A stretch of 63,745 nucleotides of DNA, filler included, from Basidioascus undulatus (GCA_000826855.1; 5 parts of 5 records of this genome joined end to end with filler, not necessarily neighbours in it), one strand, 5' to 3'; positions 44,112-56,924 are shown, counted from the first letter of the whole stretch. Notes: a model not told the origin generated them from the letters alone. Numbers and translations are program-made.

Positions 44112-45740
44112 TTCAAGCTCTGCGAGATGCATTGCAACGTGCAGGAATCCTCAGGCGGCATGTTCCTCGTCCTCTCACGGCGGCCCCCTCCCAATTCACA
44201 GCGGCTGCCACCCTGCGACCCTCGACAACACACACAAGCCTCGTCATACGTCCAGACCCTATCTCACTGCCCTCGCGCGAGCGCAACAAGCGACATAGCG
44301 ATACCGATGAAACGAGAAAGCGAAAACCATGGAGTAGAGGGAGACGGAGAACATGAACAGCGACGATGCGAGTTGCTCGGCCGGTGCGTCGCTGTTTGAC
44401 GCAGGCAGCGTAACAGGGTAGCGCAGTGTGACAGTCGCGAGTATCTGAGATAAGGCGATAGCCAGTTGAACTGCGCGGGAGTAGGGTTTGGAGAATGGGG
44501 CGGGCGCAGGCGCGCGCACGAGCACAATTGTCGACGGCGATGGGGAATGTCTGTGGCCACTCGCTTCGTCTTTTGGCTCGACATTGGGGTCAACAAGATC
44601 GGGCGCGTCTACAGTTGATATGGAGTAGTCAAGACGGTAGGCGACGACCGCAACAGTCACAAGCGCCGTAGGACACCGCTGCAAGTAGGCGCAGCATGAC
44701 GGCGAGAATGCGGCAGGATGGTGGACGACCGCGAGGAGAAGGCGAAAAAAAGCGAGGATAGAAAAAGCGACCCGTTCCCTTTCCAGCAGCGATGATGGAT
44801 GCATGCCGACCGAAGTAACCAGTAGAACACCGGCGAACTGGAGACAACGTGATTATAGCGCCAACGAGCGTGAAAATCCAGCGATATTGCAGACATACCT
44901 CAAGCACGAGGGGACCTAGCACCAGCCATCTGGCGTAAAATACGAGATCAGGCTCGGCACCGCCGAAATAATGACGAGAGTGGACAGAGCCTGCGTCCCT
45001 GACGAGCTTCGGTGCGAGGAAAGTGCCGGAGGTCAAGCTGAGAGAGATGAAGAAAGAGAGCCATTTCGGGATCCGAAAGCTGAACACTGTGAAGCATTCA
45101 GGTGCACGGAAGGAGAAGTGGTAGCGCTCTGGTTTGGGAGGAGTGCATGCTGTACATTAGCTTATAGTTCTCTGTGTCTGATGAGAGGACTCGGAGGACG
45201 CACTATGGCCATTACTGTCGGCTTGAAAGGTTACGATGCCGAAGGAGTCGCAGTTACAGCTTCATGAACAATTGTCTTCCCCCAATTTGAGACGCCTCAC
45301 GACTCACGACGAACACTCACGAGGATTAGGGCAGCTACTACCGCTATGAAGCCAGCGAAGAGCTTCGCGCTCGCGTCAGGCGAGAAACGTAGAAAGCTCG
45401 GAGCGAACATCGAGAAGAGAACCGAGGAGGTGAAGCTTTGGAAGGCGAAAGAACCCCATCTGGAGCCCAAGCCGCATCACGACCGAGGGCGACGCTCGTC
45501 GTCCGGAACGACCCTGCTCCGAGAGGAACGGACTTGACGGGCATATGCCGAGACGGCAATCCAGGCTCGGAAATTCCAGTGTGCGCGGATATGGATGCTC
45601 CCAGGAGAGTATTGACGAGGAGAGGAAGCTGCGTGAAGACGCGCAAGGATCCGGAGAGCGGCGCCTCTCGTGAAAGAGGAGAGCGCCATGATCGATCGAG
45701 AACGGACGATGGTAGTACGGATGATGGAATTATGGCTACG
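44112..45740 (-). pseudogene. Degenerate multi-TM gene resembling signal-peptide-peptidase-like (A22B) proteins
   Basis: Hydrophobic ORF pieces in shifting frames. 'YRLDYS...PFSKPYSRA', then 'LVALARGQ*DRVWTYDE' with TGA at 44264-44266, resembles the SPP C-terminal F.KPYF / A..RGE..LW.Y.E pattern. No YD or GxGD catalytic motif is visible. Confidence 0.45.
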
Positions 45741-47020
45741 AGAGCTGAAAAAGTCAAAGTGAGTGGCCTGTGGATGACGTGAGGGCGGTACGGTCGTGCC
45801 GTTCGATGCGGTGCAGATACAAGAGGCGTCGTACGCGGCGGTGCGAGGCAAAACCCTGCCTACCTACCTACTTGTTGGGGGAGGCCGGTGCTGCGTGGTG
45901 CTGGATATTGGTTAGCCTTGGTAGCCGCCGAAAGGTAGGCATACGTTGAGGTACCTTGGGACTACCTATAGCTTGCCTTATGGTCTGTGAAGATGCAGAG
46001 TTGTGACAATAATGTACGCCTGTGTGAGGAGGCAGTCTTTGAGGGTAATGGACACGTATGTTGGTTACCAGCATTGCCGTATGCTTCTTTTTTTCTCGAT
46101 TCAGCTTTTCTCATCTAGTGACGTATAAATGAGCTCTTTAGGTAGAAGAACACCCACCCAAGCCTTTTGCAGTTTGAGGGCTTGCGTGTAAAGGCTGCCG
46201 GACTCATGCACGCCCCCAACACCGCGCGGTATGAAACAGCAAGCAGCCAGCGACTGTGTCGTTTCTGTGGTTTTGATAAATAACAATACAGTTATAAAAG
46301 CTGGAAGACAGAAACAATCTGATTTGTGGCAGACGGCGGGGGCTTATGCAAGGGTGCTGTCTGTGTCAACGTGCTGAGCTTCTCCTTGTAGGCCACCATC
46401 CCAACTGTCCCGCTCCAGAGCATCCGCAAAGGCTAAGAGAATCTGAGGACAGATTGGTGCCCAAACCGTTGAAGCATTTTTGCAAACTGGACCGGGTCCT
46501 TGCGGCAATCAGCGGAAGTAGTGGTTTGTTTGTTTGGAATGGGAGACTGCAGCCAGGCAACCAGGCGAAGGTTGTTGTTCCATCTCTTCTTGGCCCATTA
46601 CCATACTCCTGTTCACTACCCAAGAACATTGAAAATGCTTCATTCCCAAAGGGCTCCTTACATCTCCCATCTTCCACAAGAGCACCCTTCTGAATTCATC
46701 TTCAAGGCCTATGTGCCCCCCCCCTTCTCATTACTGCGTAAGTAGGTAAAAGCGTTCTCCATTTCACTGCATGCACATCCCTATGTCAAGCAAGTGTCTC
46801 GCTCATCTTTTACTTTTCCCCTCCCGGGTTGCACGTCAGTGTGCCAGCACAACGTGCCAGCATGTTGCAGCATTGTCATGCAGCCAGGCAAAGTGCTCCT
46901 CTGGGATCACACCACTAAAGATCATAAAAATATCATAAAATACTTCACCCTATTAACGGGTGGTCGACAGTTTAATTGTACATTGCCTAACTATATTGTT
47001 TAATGCTGAAGCTGGTTGGC

Positions 47021-47093
47021 GGCCGCTTAACTCAGTTGGTAGAGTGTTTGCTTAACACGCAAAATGTCGCAGGATCGAGCCCTGCAGTGGTCA
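47021..47093 (+). tRNA. trnV-AAC: tRNA-Val (anticodon AAC), intronless, copy 2 (identical to 25396-25468)
   Basis: Identical 73-nt sequence with different flanks; T-runs downstream at about 47132-47147. Confidence 0.95.
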
Positions 47094-47524
47094 TTTCATA
47101 AACTGATAGTCCTGAGAGACAGTGCTGTAACTTTTCATTTTTGCTTTATGCCGGGTGAACAGGCTCAGCTTCTGCACAACCAGCTCATACATATAGAAAA
47201 CTAGCCCCCGCAGGTTGTACTTGCGAGAGTGCACACAAACCCTGTTCGAAGACCTCTAAGCCGCGCAAGACAATGGAGTAGAACATGTGTATAGACTCGC
47301 GTGGACATCAAAGTGCTATGCTATGCAAACAATCAAGTGCTTTGCCGTCCCAGTGCCAAGGACCCCAGCTGCCCATCAATCGCATGGTCCCATGTCAATG
47401 TCGAGCACTGCGAAGGTGGCGTGCGGAGCGATTTCCGGCGTGCAAAGTCTCTAACTATCAGCGATGCATATACAGATTCTTGCGGGATTCGGATCAAGGT
47501 CAAAATCACACTATGATGCTCTAC

Positions 47525-47797
47525 TCACTTCCCCTCCTTCTCCGCCTTCTCCTTCTCCGTTTCCCTCCGCTCCACCATCTCCCGCAGCACGTCCTCCTCC
47601 CCGCTGCGCCTGCACAGTTTCGCAAACGTGCCGCCCTCCTTGCGCAGGGGATTGGCCGGCAAGTCAAACTCGAGGACACGCCCAGCATCAAGCACGAGAA
47701 TCTTGTCGTAGTCGGCGATGGAGCGGAGGCTGATGTAGACAGGCTCGTTTGAGCGAAAGGAGCGCGGAGCTGGAGGATGAGAGCAAGATTCACGCAC
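47525..47797 (-). pseudogene. Inverted remnant (last intron + last exon) of an ABCC paralog of the gene at 38360-43960
   Basis: LRSIADYDKILVLDAGRVLEFDLPANPLRKEGGTFAKLCRRSGEEDVLRE..KEGK* is nearly identical at DNA level to 43756-43960, and the preceding intron is also similar. No upstream exons are recognisable. Confidence 0.88.
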
Positions 47798-48740
47798 CGT
47801 CTGTAATGTAACCTGTGGCATGGGAACCATTAAATGAAATATCTCTTGCGCCTTTCGCAGTCATGGGTAGGGTTGAGTAGGGTATCGTTGAAGCTGCGAG
47901 TAATTTCGGTGTCAGAAGCGCCATGCAGGCAGACTTGTGGGATGGGTTGAGATTTTGGCTGAAGAATAAACGAATGGAAGGAATTGCGCTTTCAGAATTC
48001 AAGAGGACTTCTAATCATTATGAAATGGTACTGAAGTCAGTGCGGTTCACCCCGAATGAAGAAGGACATCGAGTGACCTTACAGTGCGCATGCGGTGAGA
48101 GCATGGAGCGGCCATGGCACAGTGAGCACGTACGGGCTTGCGTCCGGCTCCAATCGATCTAAGTTTCGAAATTTAAAATGATTACTCAACCATGTACTGT
48201 GAGTCCATCTTCACCTCGGTCAAGATCGGCCTCTGAGAATGAGGCTTGCCGGAAGTCGTTTGGGACGCCAGACGAGGTCTGTTCAACGTGCTTTTCTCAT
48301 CAGACCTATGACAGGGGCATGGGTGAAACTGACATGATAGCTCCCCAACATCTGAATTGAGAGACGTTCGTTTGAGCAGAGAGCTTGACGAGGCACTGCA
48401 ACTCGCCCAGAGCAAGCAGCCGACGGAAACGTGTGGACGCAATGGTTACCCGCGAAAATATAGGCTTCAGTGTAGGACAGAGCGCGATAATTAAGACCTT
48501 TTGTGGCCAAGAGACCACACCGAAGCGCGTTGGCTTCACTTCACGAAGCGGTGCCAAAAAAAAAGGGAACTTGGGCTGGGTGTTGTCATTTGTCAACTGT
48601 GCGACTTGTCACTTTGACCGCGGAACACCCTCGGATTTTCTGGGCTGACAGGTCGTTCACGCCAGTCTTCTCCTTTCCACCATCGGCCTCTTCCCCTCTG
48701 AATACGCTCACCGTCTCCCGTTCGCCCACGATTCCACGCT

Positions 48741-49351
48741 GTGTCCATCCTGCCGACTCACTACGATACCCTCGGCGTGCCGCGGGACGCGTCCGCCGCG
48801 GACGTGCGGGCTGCCTACTTGAAGCTCGTTCTCAAGGTCCGTTTCCCGCCGTCTTGTCTTCCCACGTGGTCTGACTCTTCTCCGTGCAAGAGCAGGTCCA
48901 CCCGGATAAGCAGAGAAATGGATCTTTAGAGGAGCGGGAAGGCAGTGGGGAGGGTGATGTGCACGCTGTGAACAGGGCGTACGAGTGCCTGCGCGATCCG
49001 CTGAAGCGGGCGGAGTACGATCGTGTCCTTGCCCGTACGCCTCCCATATGTTCATTCCCTCTCCGTCCGAAGCTGATCCAAAATTTCCCGCACTCGTCTC
49101 TAGAGGCGCCTCCTCCCTCGCGCGCTCCCTCGAGCCGCACCGCCCAAACCCTCTCCCTGTCCGACTTCGAACTCGCCGGCGAGGACGAGCACGATGGCGC
49201 GGTGTTCGCGTACCCGTGCCGATGCGGTGGGGAGTACACGATATGCGAGCGCGAGATGGAGGACGGCGTTGAGGTCGTTGGGTGCCCGGGGTGCAGCGAG
49301 CTGGTGAGGGTACTGTATGAGGCTGTGGAGGAGGAGGAGGAGGTGAGATGA
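48741..49351 (+). CDS. DPH4: Diphthamide biosynthesis J-protein (J domain + CSL zinc finger); apparent GTG start
   Basis: THYDTLGV..VRAAYLKLVLK|VHPDK..VNRAYECLRDPLKRAEYD (J domain, HPD) and LSLSDF..YPCRCGGEY..GCPGCSELVRV (CSL finger). Two GT-AG introns. Confidence 0.9.
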
Positions 49352-49787
49352 AGGTGTGGGAGTCGCGAGGCGAAGCGAGGAGGCGGAGCCGGGCATAGAT
49401 GGGCCATGGCTAGATCAGGTGGTTCTGACTGACCTCAACGCTGCTCTAGCGGCTCTTTCGATCCCTTGACCGGCTCTCGCTCGCTGCCTGGATGCAGCTT
49501 TCACTCATCACTTACCCTTCCCACAGTCGGAGGGTCCTTTGGCGTCCCGCCATAACGCCTCTCGCTTTCGCACTAACTCAATCAGCTTTTCGGAGCCCTC
49601 TCAAGTCCTGTTCTGAATTTTCGCGCTGTCCCATGCCATTTCGTTCTCAGCCTTAGCGTGCTGATCATTCAAGCCAATACCAACTGGCTCAACGGGTACA
49701 CCGCTTCGGCGAACCTTCTTACGCACAATAGTGTGTATTATTACTGATCACACGCTCCTGACTCCGCCGGAAAGCCAATAAAGTGTC

Positions 49788-50002
49788 TCACACTGTCCCT
49801 TCCTTCCCCCTCGCCGCGCGCTCCTTCTCCTCCAAACCACCCGCCTCCCGCTCGCCATCCCCAGCCTCCACGCCCTTCTCCCCAGCCTCCTCTTCGACCG
49901 CCCGCGCCTCCTTCTTGCCGAAGAGCGCCGCAGGCGTTGGCCACCTTCCGCTCTTCCGCCGGAAGTGGATGGCGAGCGCGAGCAGGACCGCAGCGATGAT
50001 TC
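49788..50002 (-). other. Orphan terminal exon encoding a TM end + charged tail (small gene or remnant)
   Basis: After a ..cgctcag acceptor: (G)IIAAVLLALAIHFRRKSGRWPTPAALFGKKEARAVEEEAGEKG..EGTV*. Upstream exons were not identified. Confidence 0.4.
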
Positions 50003-50794
50003 CTGAGCGGGACGGAACTCACGTGAGCAATTTCGTGAAAGGGAGTTGAGCGCAGAATCATCCACAGCTTCGTCAGGCAGGACGAGCTTTATACTTCCTG
50101 CAAACCCAGGGCACGGCCTCAAAAGATAGAAAGATCAAAAGGGTAACAGTTCTTTTCCCTTGGCAGGCACTGCATTCTCAGTCTGGCGGACGTTCCGAGG
50201 CGCGAAGCGAGCGATGTTATGTTGGCCATTCAATGCAGTGGCAATGGGGCCAAAAGTGCACCCTGCCTGCGAACAAGGCCGCGACGTTCATTCCCTGCTC
50301 ATGCCTGTGCCTCTGCGAATGCGAATGCGAGTGTTAATAGCGGGTTGATCTTTGTGAGGCAGCGTGTTCCGGGCATTGAGGTTGATTAGAAGACATGAGC
50401 ACGCACGGCTGCAGGTCGCTGTTTGAAGTGAGGGGCCGGGGATTCGGCTATAGCCGGGTTCTTGTAGATACGCCGTGAGCGTGCCTGATAATGTACACGG
50501 GAAATTTACGTGCGTATCCCTTTCCCACAGATGAACCCAGGCTCGTGCGATCCGCGACGACGCTGTCCAAGGTCTCCTCTTCTCGAAATGGCGGAATGAA
50601 GCATGGTCCCGTCATACTTCATCGCCATGATACCCGGATTTGGGAAGGCTCGCCACAAACAGGTAACTGCGCCGGTTTCCAACCCCCGAGGCAGCACGCA
50701 ACATCGCTTCATCCAGTAGTAAAGCTATGCTTTTCCACGAACTCAGTACTGCAGCATCGTACAACTCGCTCATATGCAACTGGGGCCCTGCCTG

Positions 50795-51023
50795 TCACCG
50801 CCCAAACAAATCCCTGCACTCCAAGGCAGTCGGCCTCTCCTCCTGCCGCGGACTGCACATCCTCCTCAGCCAATCGCGCGTCTGCTCCGGCACGCGCTCG
50901 CCGTTCAAGAAAGTCAGCGCGGGTGTGCCGTCCACGTAAGGTTTCAGGAAAGCGGGCGGTGCGGGGGTGGCGGAGGCAGGGAGGAGGGACGCGGATGCGG
51001 AGGAGGCTGTGGGCGAGGGGATG
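50795..51023 (-). CDS. 3' end of a probable Ser/Thr protein kinase (truncated at contig end)
   Basis: PYVDGTPALTFLNGERVPEQTRDWLRRMCSPRQEERPTALECRDLFGR* resembles kinase subdomain XI (L..M....RPTA.E). Confidence 0.55.
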
Positions 51024-51123
51024 NNNNNNNNNNNNNNNNNNNNNNNNNNNNNNNNNNNNNNNNNNNNTTAATTAATTAANNNNNNNNNNNNNNNNNNNNN
51101 NNNNNNNNNNNNNNNNNNNNNNN
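51024..51123. other. Artificial contig spacer (N44-TTAATTAATTAA-N44)
   Basis: Same 100-nt pad. Confidence 0.98.
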
Positions 51124-54100
51124 GGCGGCGGGGGCATCCCGACCCCCCGCGCGCGCACGGCCACGCAGACCAAGGACGCCGACCTAGCGGCCATGCCGCC
51201 CCCGCCAAGCCCGTCGGCGGTGCGCCGCCTCAGCACGGCACCCGGCGAGCGCTCCTCGACCCCCACACGTCTCCCCGAAAACGGGTACTCCTCCACCCCG
51301 CCGCTCATGGCGCGCGCTGAATCCCGCGCGACAGACCGCCCCCCGTCACGGATGAGCGAGCGTGCGTCGTCTCGCCTCGGTGGGGAGCGCGAGCGCGCCC
51401 CCTCCCGCGCGGGCGGAGACGCTGCGTCGGCCGAGATGCAGAACAAGCTGGACCAGCTGCAGCTGAAGATCGCCGCGCTCGAGCGGGAGAACGCGACGCT
51501 CCTCTCGTCCCAGACTGCCGCGGCCGAGTCGACCCGGTCCGAGCTCGCGTCCGTCCGCGCGGACCTGGCCTTCGCGCAGGCTGCGCTGAGCTCCGCGAAG
51601 GACGCGCGCGCGGAGGCGGAGCGGCTCGCGGAGGAGCGGGCGCGCGAGCTGGGCGAGGCGGAGAAGGCGCGCCGAGAGGCGGAGGGCCGCGTGGAAGAGG
51701 GGGAGAAACTCGCGGAGAGCTTGAGGAAGGCCGCGGAGGAGGGGGCGGAGCGGGAGCGGGCCGAAGGGGAGCAGGCGGAGAGGGACGAGAGGGACAGGGC
51801 CGTCAGGGTCAAGGAGGCGGAAATTGAGGTGCTTCAGGAACGGGTGAAGAGGATTCAAGCGGACGCGGAGAGGGACAGGACGGAAGCGGAGGCGATGATT
51901 CAGGAGCTGCGGAAGGCAGGACAGGTGAGTTTGTGTCATGGGGCTAATGGTGGATGGGAACGCAGGAGGCTGGATACTGAAGAAAGATGGCATGTGTATA
52001 CAGGAAACGATCGCGCTCTACGAGGAGCGCATCAACGGCACCGAGACGCGGCGGTACGAGCTCGAAGATCGCCTCCGGTACCTCGAGTCAGAGAACGCGC
52101 GCCTCCTCTCTTCCGCCGGCCCGAACGGCACGGCCGCCCCCGCCTCACCGCGGCGTGCAACGACCGCAGCCGAGATCGACAACGAGAACCTGACGGAGCA
52201 GAACGCGCACCTCAGCAAGCGGCTCGCAGCGCTCGAGGAGCAGCTCGCGGACGGGGAGCGTGACAAGGAGGCGCTCGACGCCGCGTGGCGCGCCAAGGTC
52301 GACAAGCGCCGCGGGGAGGAGGAGCGCGCGCGGGAGGAGGGCAAGGAGGCGAGGGAGGAGGCGGACCGCGCGAGGAAGGCCGAGAGCAAGGCCCGCGAAC
52401 GCGCGGACGAGCTGGAGGACGCGCTCAGGGAGAACAAGGCGGCGCTTGAGGCGGCTAGGGCGGAGGTGGAGACCTTGAGGTCGGACATTGAGGTGCGTTT
52501 GAGGGTGCATGGCTCGCTAACTGGGAGGAGCGCTGACAGCGTGGGCTGCTGGTCACGTATCAGAACCTCGAGAACCTCCAGTCCGGCGTGGCTGTCTCGT
52601 CCGACGAGCGGTTCGATGACCTCACGCGCCGTGCGGACGCGGAGAGGACGCGCCTGACGCAGGAGATCGAGACGCTCAAGGCGCTTCTGGACGCGGCGCG
52701 CTCACGCAGCCGCGAGGCCGAGGAGGAGGCGGACTCTGCTCGGCGTGAGATCGATATCGTTAAGGACGAGCTGCGGCGCGCTGAGGAGGAGCGGGCGGAG
52801 GTGCGCTCGCATCGCTCCTCATCACAACTGGAGCTTAACAGGCTAACATCTCCTGGTTGAATGGGAACAGCTGGAACGCAATGATCCCATCACAGGCGTC
52901 TCCCCGTCCGCATCGCCGTCCGAGCTCCAGACGCAGCTGTCCCTGGCCGAAGCGGAGATTTCGCGTCTGCGCGCGAAGCTCGATGCCGGCCCGCCGCTGT
53001 CCCCCACCCCGAACGCGTCGTCCAAGAAGCGCGACTCTGCCGCGTCGTTCGCGTCGAGCCTTGGCGGCGGAGGGAAGGACGAGCTTCAGGTCCTACGCGA
53101 GCAGGTCACGGGGCTGAAGCACCTCATTTCGGATCTGGAGGTCGAGAGCGGGCGGGCGAAGATGCTTGAGGCGGAGAACGAGCATCTCGGGAAGGAGGTG
53201 GACGAGCTGAAGAAGGTGCGTTGTGTTTTGGGTTGTCAATGCTGCCGACGGAACAAGGAGCTGATATGAGAGCCTGCGGCAGACGATCACTCAACTTGAG
53301 GAGCTCGTGGAACAGACGCTCGAGTCGCAGGAGGGTCAGCTGGACGCGGGCGCTGGTGCGCCGCCCGCCAGTCCTGCGCGCGACACGATCCGCCTGCACA
53401 AGCAGATTGCAGAGTCAAGGAGCCGGAACGAGTTGCTTGAGGTGCGTGTGCGCGTTTGAAGGAGAGACTGTGTATTTGTGCTGATGTGTATTTGTGCTGA
53501 TCGGCGCGGGATGGTTGGGCAGGAACGCATCGCCGAGCTGGAGCGGAAGATTGCGGAGCTCGAGAAGAACCACAAGAAGGCTCTTGCGCAGGTGGGTGGA
53601 AGGCGTCGTGCTCGCCCCGCTATGGCATTTGTAGCTGATTTGGCGTGGCCGACCTATAGCTCAACGGCGAGATCTCGGAGCTCGAGTCGCTCGTCGAGGC
53701 CAAGATCTACAAGGAGGTGAGTCTTCACTTCCGCTCTTTATCTTCTTCGCCGACGTGCTGTGCTGACGTTTCCGATGCCGAATGTGCAGGACGAGCTCGA
53801 GCAAGAGATCGACCGCCTGCGCACGCGGCTGGCGCATGCCGGCGCGCCGCCCTCCTCCGCCTCGTCCGTCACGTCCGGCCACTCACGGCAAGCGAGCGTC
53901 GACGACGATCGCGAAGACGACGACGACGACTTTGCCAAGCTCATGCGGACACTCAGCGGTGATCGCCCGGCGCCGCCGCCCCGCGCGCGGACGAGCAGCC
54001 CGCTTGGATACAAGGCCAAGGGCGGACAGGAGGTTGAGTACTGCGATGACTGCGAGGTGTGTGGTGTGCGCTTCGCGAGTATGCGCTGGGAGCGCTGGCT

Positions 54101-54178
54101 CACTTCGTGCTGGACGTGGTGGTGCAGGAGTACGGCCACAGCTTGGAGAACTGCACGGCTGTGCAAGACGTGTTCTAA
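51124..54178 (+). CDS. CLIP-170/Bik1/Tip1-like microtubule plus-end protein (coiled coil + C-terminal CCHC zinc knuckle); CAP-Gly N-terminus would lie beyond the gap
   Basis: Long coiled coils; 'ELRKAGQ|ETIALYEER'; 'EISELESLVEAKIYKE|DELEQEI'; terminal YCDDCE|EYGHSLENCTAVQDVF* (TAA at 54176-54178). Confidence 0.85.
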
Positions 54179-55026
54179 AGTGCCATTGCCGACTCTCACC
54201 TCAACATTCATTCTACGCCATACCCATTCGCACTTCTTTCTGATACCCTTCGGATTCTTACGTCCTTCTTTCGTTCATCATATTTTCGGCTCCTGCACGC
54301 TACACTGTCCGTCCGCATTCTGCAACCTTGCCCTGCCCCGCACGCCCATTTCGCTTTGGCGTTGCCCCACCTACCTACTTTACTTTCGTCTTGGTACCTT
54401 GCAACCTAATACAGCATCTTTCTGTGAATGGCCTGCGTGGATGGCTTCAGATATGGTCCAGCAAACGGACGCGCGCCGGTGCGAGTATCGTAGGCTGCCT
54501 TCCGCAACAGAGCAGAGAAGACACGTTTTGACTGTTTGAATTTGTCTCATCAAGTCTCATTGTGCATACTGCTCAGTGATAAGCGTTACCCTGAGCAGTT
54601 GAACTCTCAGCCATGTCAACTGTGCTTGATGCCCGTGATGATTTTGGGAAACAATGTCCGTTCACTAGCTTATCAGGAGACGACGTGATCTCGTCTCTGC
54701 TACATATTCATTCGAAGCAAGGCGGTGATAACGCCATGACAGAAAGCCGTGCAGAGCAAAACCCAACTGTAGAAGGTGTTCGCGGCTGCGCGGCCATTGA
54801 CCGCACATCCACAGATGGAAACCTGCAGTGCAAAAGCCGGTATTTCTTCGAACATTGGCTAGAATAATACCGACCCTATCCTGAATGTTCAAAGGTTTGA
54901 TCTCTCATCAGCTTCTGATATGAGGAGAGGGAGTGAAGAGGCCACTGGGCAGCGCGCCCTGCGTCTGTACGTTCATCCGCCCTAGGCCTGCTGCATGCGT
55001 GAGTCTTGGCGACATCTGAACATGAA

Positions 55027-55041
55027 ATATATATATATATA
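55027..55041. repeat. (AT)n microsatellite / TATA-like element upstream of the permease pseudogene
   Basis: atatatatatatata. Confidence 0.6.
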
Positions 55042-55165
55042 GCTAATGGTGGCTCAAATCATTATCTGGCACAAAAGCACTTCTAAAGCTTTGCCTACAA
55101 CAGTTCCCTGGCCAACTCTGCACAAGCCCGCCCCGTTACCATCTGCCAGCTACGAGAAGTCGTAC

Positions 55166-56924
55166 ATGAAGCACGACGGCCGCACTCGCGTTACTGAGGC
55201 GGACGACACAACATCAAGCCTGCTGTCCATGGTTCGTGCCGTGGGTTGTCAAGTCGCCCATGCGTCGAACCCTCACCGTCTTGTTCTGTGCAGATCGCCA
55301 TTGCCGGGACCATTGGTACCGGTATTTCCTTAAGCGTCTGCTGTGTTGAACGCTGCCCGATTGATTTGACCATGTGAGGACTGCAGTTGGCCCTAGAAGG
55401 GCGATCGCCAACGGTGGACCGGTGGGTGCCATTATCGGGTACTTATTCATGGGTATCTTGGTGGGAATGATGAGTACGTCTTTCGTCCTGCGAGCTCTCC
55501 GATGAAATACCGGCGAACCGACACCGCGCGCTCTTCCGTCTGCCTTCTCTTCCCCTGGCCGGCAGTGTACTGTCTCAGCGAAATGGTCTGTCATGACCCT
55601 TCGGCGGGTGGTTTTATCGGGTTTGCGTCACGTTACGTTAACCCTGCACTGGGGTCGCAAGTGGATGTGCGTCTTCTCTCATCTCCAAGCCGCTTGAACG
55701 TCCACTGACATTGGCCAGCCGCCTTTGTTGCGCCTACCTTCTACAGGGAACTTCTGGTGGCAATGTTCGATGACCGTTTGCGGTCGAAGCGGTTGCAGCT
55801 TCCATTTTGATCCAGTAAGCCTTAGATTATCCCCCACAAGTGCACATCGAGTACTGATTGCGGCTGCGCTGTCTAGGTATCGGGACGCAAACGACAACCA
55901 CCTAGGCATTTATAGGCATTTACGTCGCGGTTCTCCTCGTCGCCATGATTTTGGTCAACGTCGTGAGGGTCAAGTAGGAAGCAATGTTCTTCGTAATCCC
56001 CAAGGTCTACAGCGAACTGATACCGCTCTGACCACAGCTTCGGAGAAATCGGTTTGTCTACAATGAGCGTTGCAAAAGCTTCAAGCTGTTGCTGACAAGT
56101 GATCCCAACAGAATTCTGCCTCAGCTGCCTCAAAGTCGTCACCATCATAGGCTTGACTATCCTCGCTCTCGTGATCAATCTTGGCGGTGTCCCCGACAAG
56201 GACCGTCGTGGCTTCCGCTACTAGCGCGAGCAGCCCTTCAAGGCGAGTTCCAGAACCTCAAGCCTGCTTCGAAGGCTCGCTTCCTCGGCTTCTGGTCCAC
56301 TGTCCTTCGAAGCGCTTTGTAGCTCCTTGGACTCAATTCCTGGAGGGAAGCGACAGGGCTGTCCTCACCCAGGCCGCCTTTCCATATGGTGGCATCGAGT
56401 CTCTGGCCTCCCTCGCCCTGAAAGCCGCAACCCCAAAAAGACGATGATAAGTTACCAGTGCTGTATTCTACCGTGTCGGTGAGTGCAATATCCATAATTT
56501 TTGAGCTGCCAGTGTGCGACCGTTCCGGTCAGCAGGCCTGGTGGTGCTCGGGCTTTAACAGCAAGTTTTTGAGGTCGCATGTACCGTTGCTGAAGTTACT
56601 GTAAACGGCACCTACAGATGAACTCTACGTGATTGTCATCTGGCGTCTCGGCATGACAGTTAGTTCGAAGGGCCCCGACCTCCTCGGTGCTATCTTGGAG
56701 TGGTCTGGCACGGCCGCGCAGTCTCCTTTCGTCATGATCAACTTAGCCAAGCAAGTCCGACCCCTGCAGTGGTCCTTTGTCTTTGGCTGGTCCTCCGACA
56801 TAAACCCCCTTACGTCGGGTACAAGATCTGGAAGCGGACGAGCGTAGTCAGGCTCGACACGATGGACCTCGTTTCCCACTACGACCGGGACGAACGCGAC
56901 AACACGAATACGTGCTCGGCTTGA
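55166..56924 (+). pseudogene. APC/YAT-family amino acid permease pseudogene
   Basis: LSM|IAIAGTIGTG, AIANGGPVGAIIGY, YCLSEM..SAGGFIGFASRYVNPALG, FGEI|EFCLSCLKV, GFRY*RE (TAG at 56222), RFLGFWST, QAAFPYGGIE, SPFV, GYKIWKRT..LDTMDL. Frameshift near 55655, a 10-bp tandem duplication at 55903-55922, and a large internal deletion. Confidence 0.9.

Noticed and set aside
56222..56224. In-frame TAG/TGA at Trp positions (also 44264) as stop-codon reassignment
   Set aside because: They occur only in genes that also carry frameshifts and deletions. Intact genes use TGG for Trp and TAG/TGA as stops.
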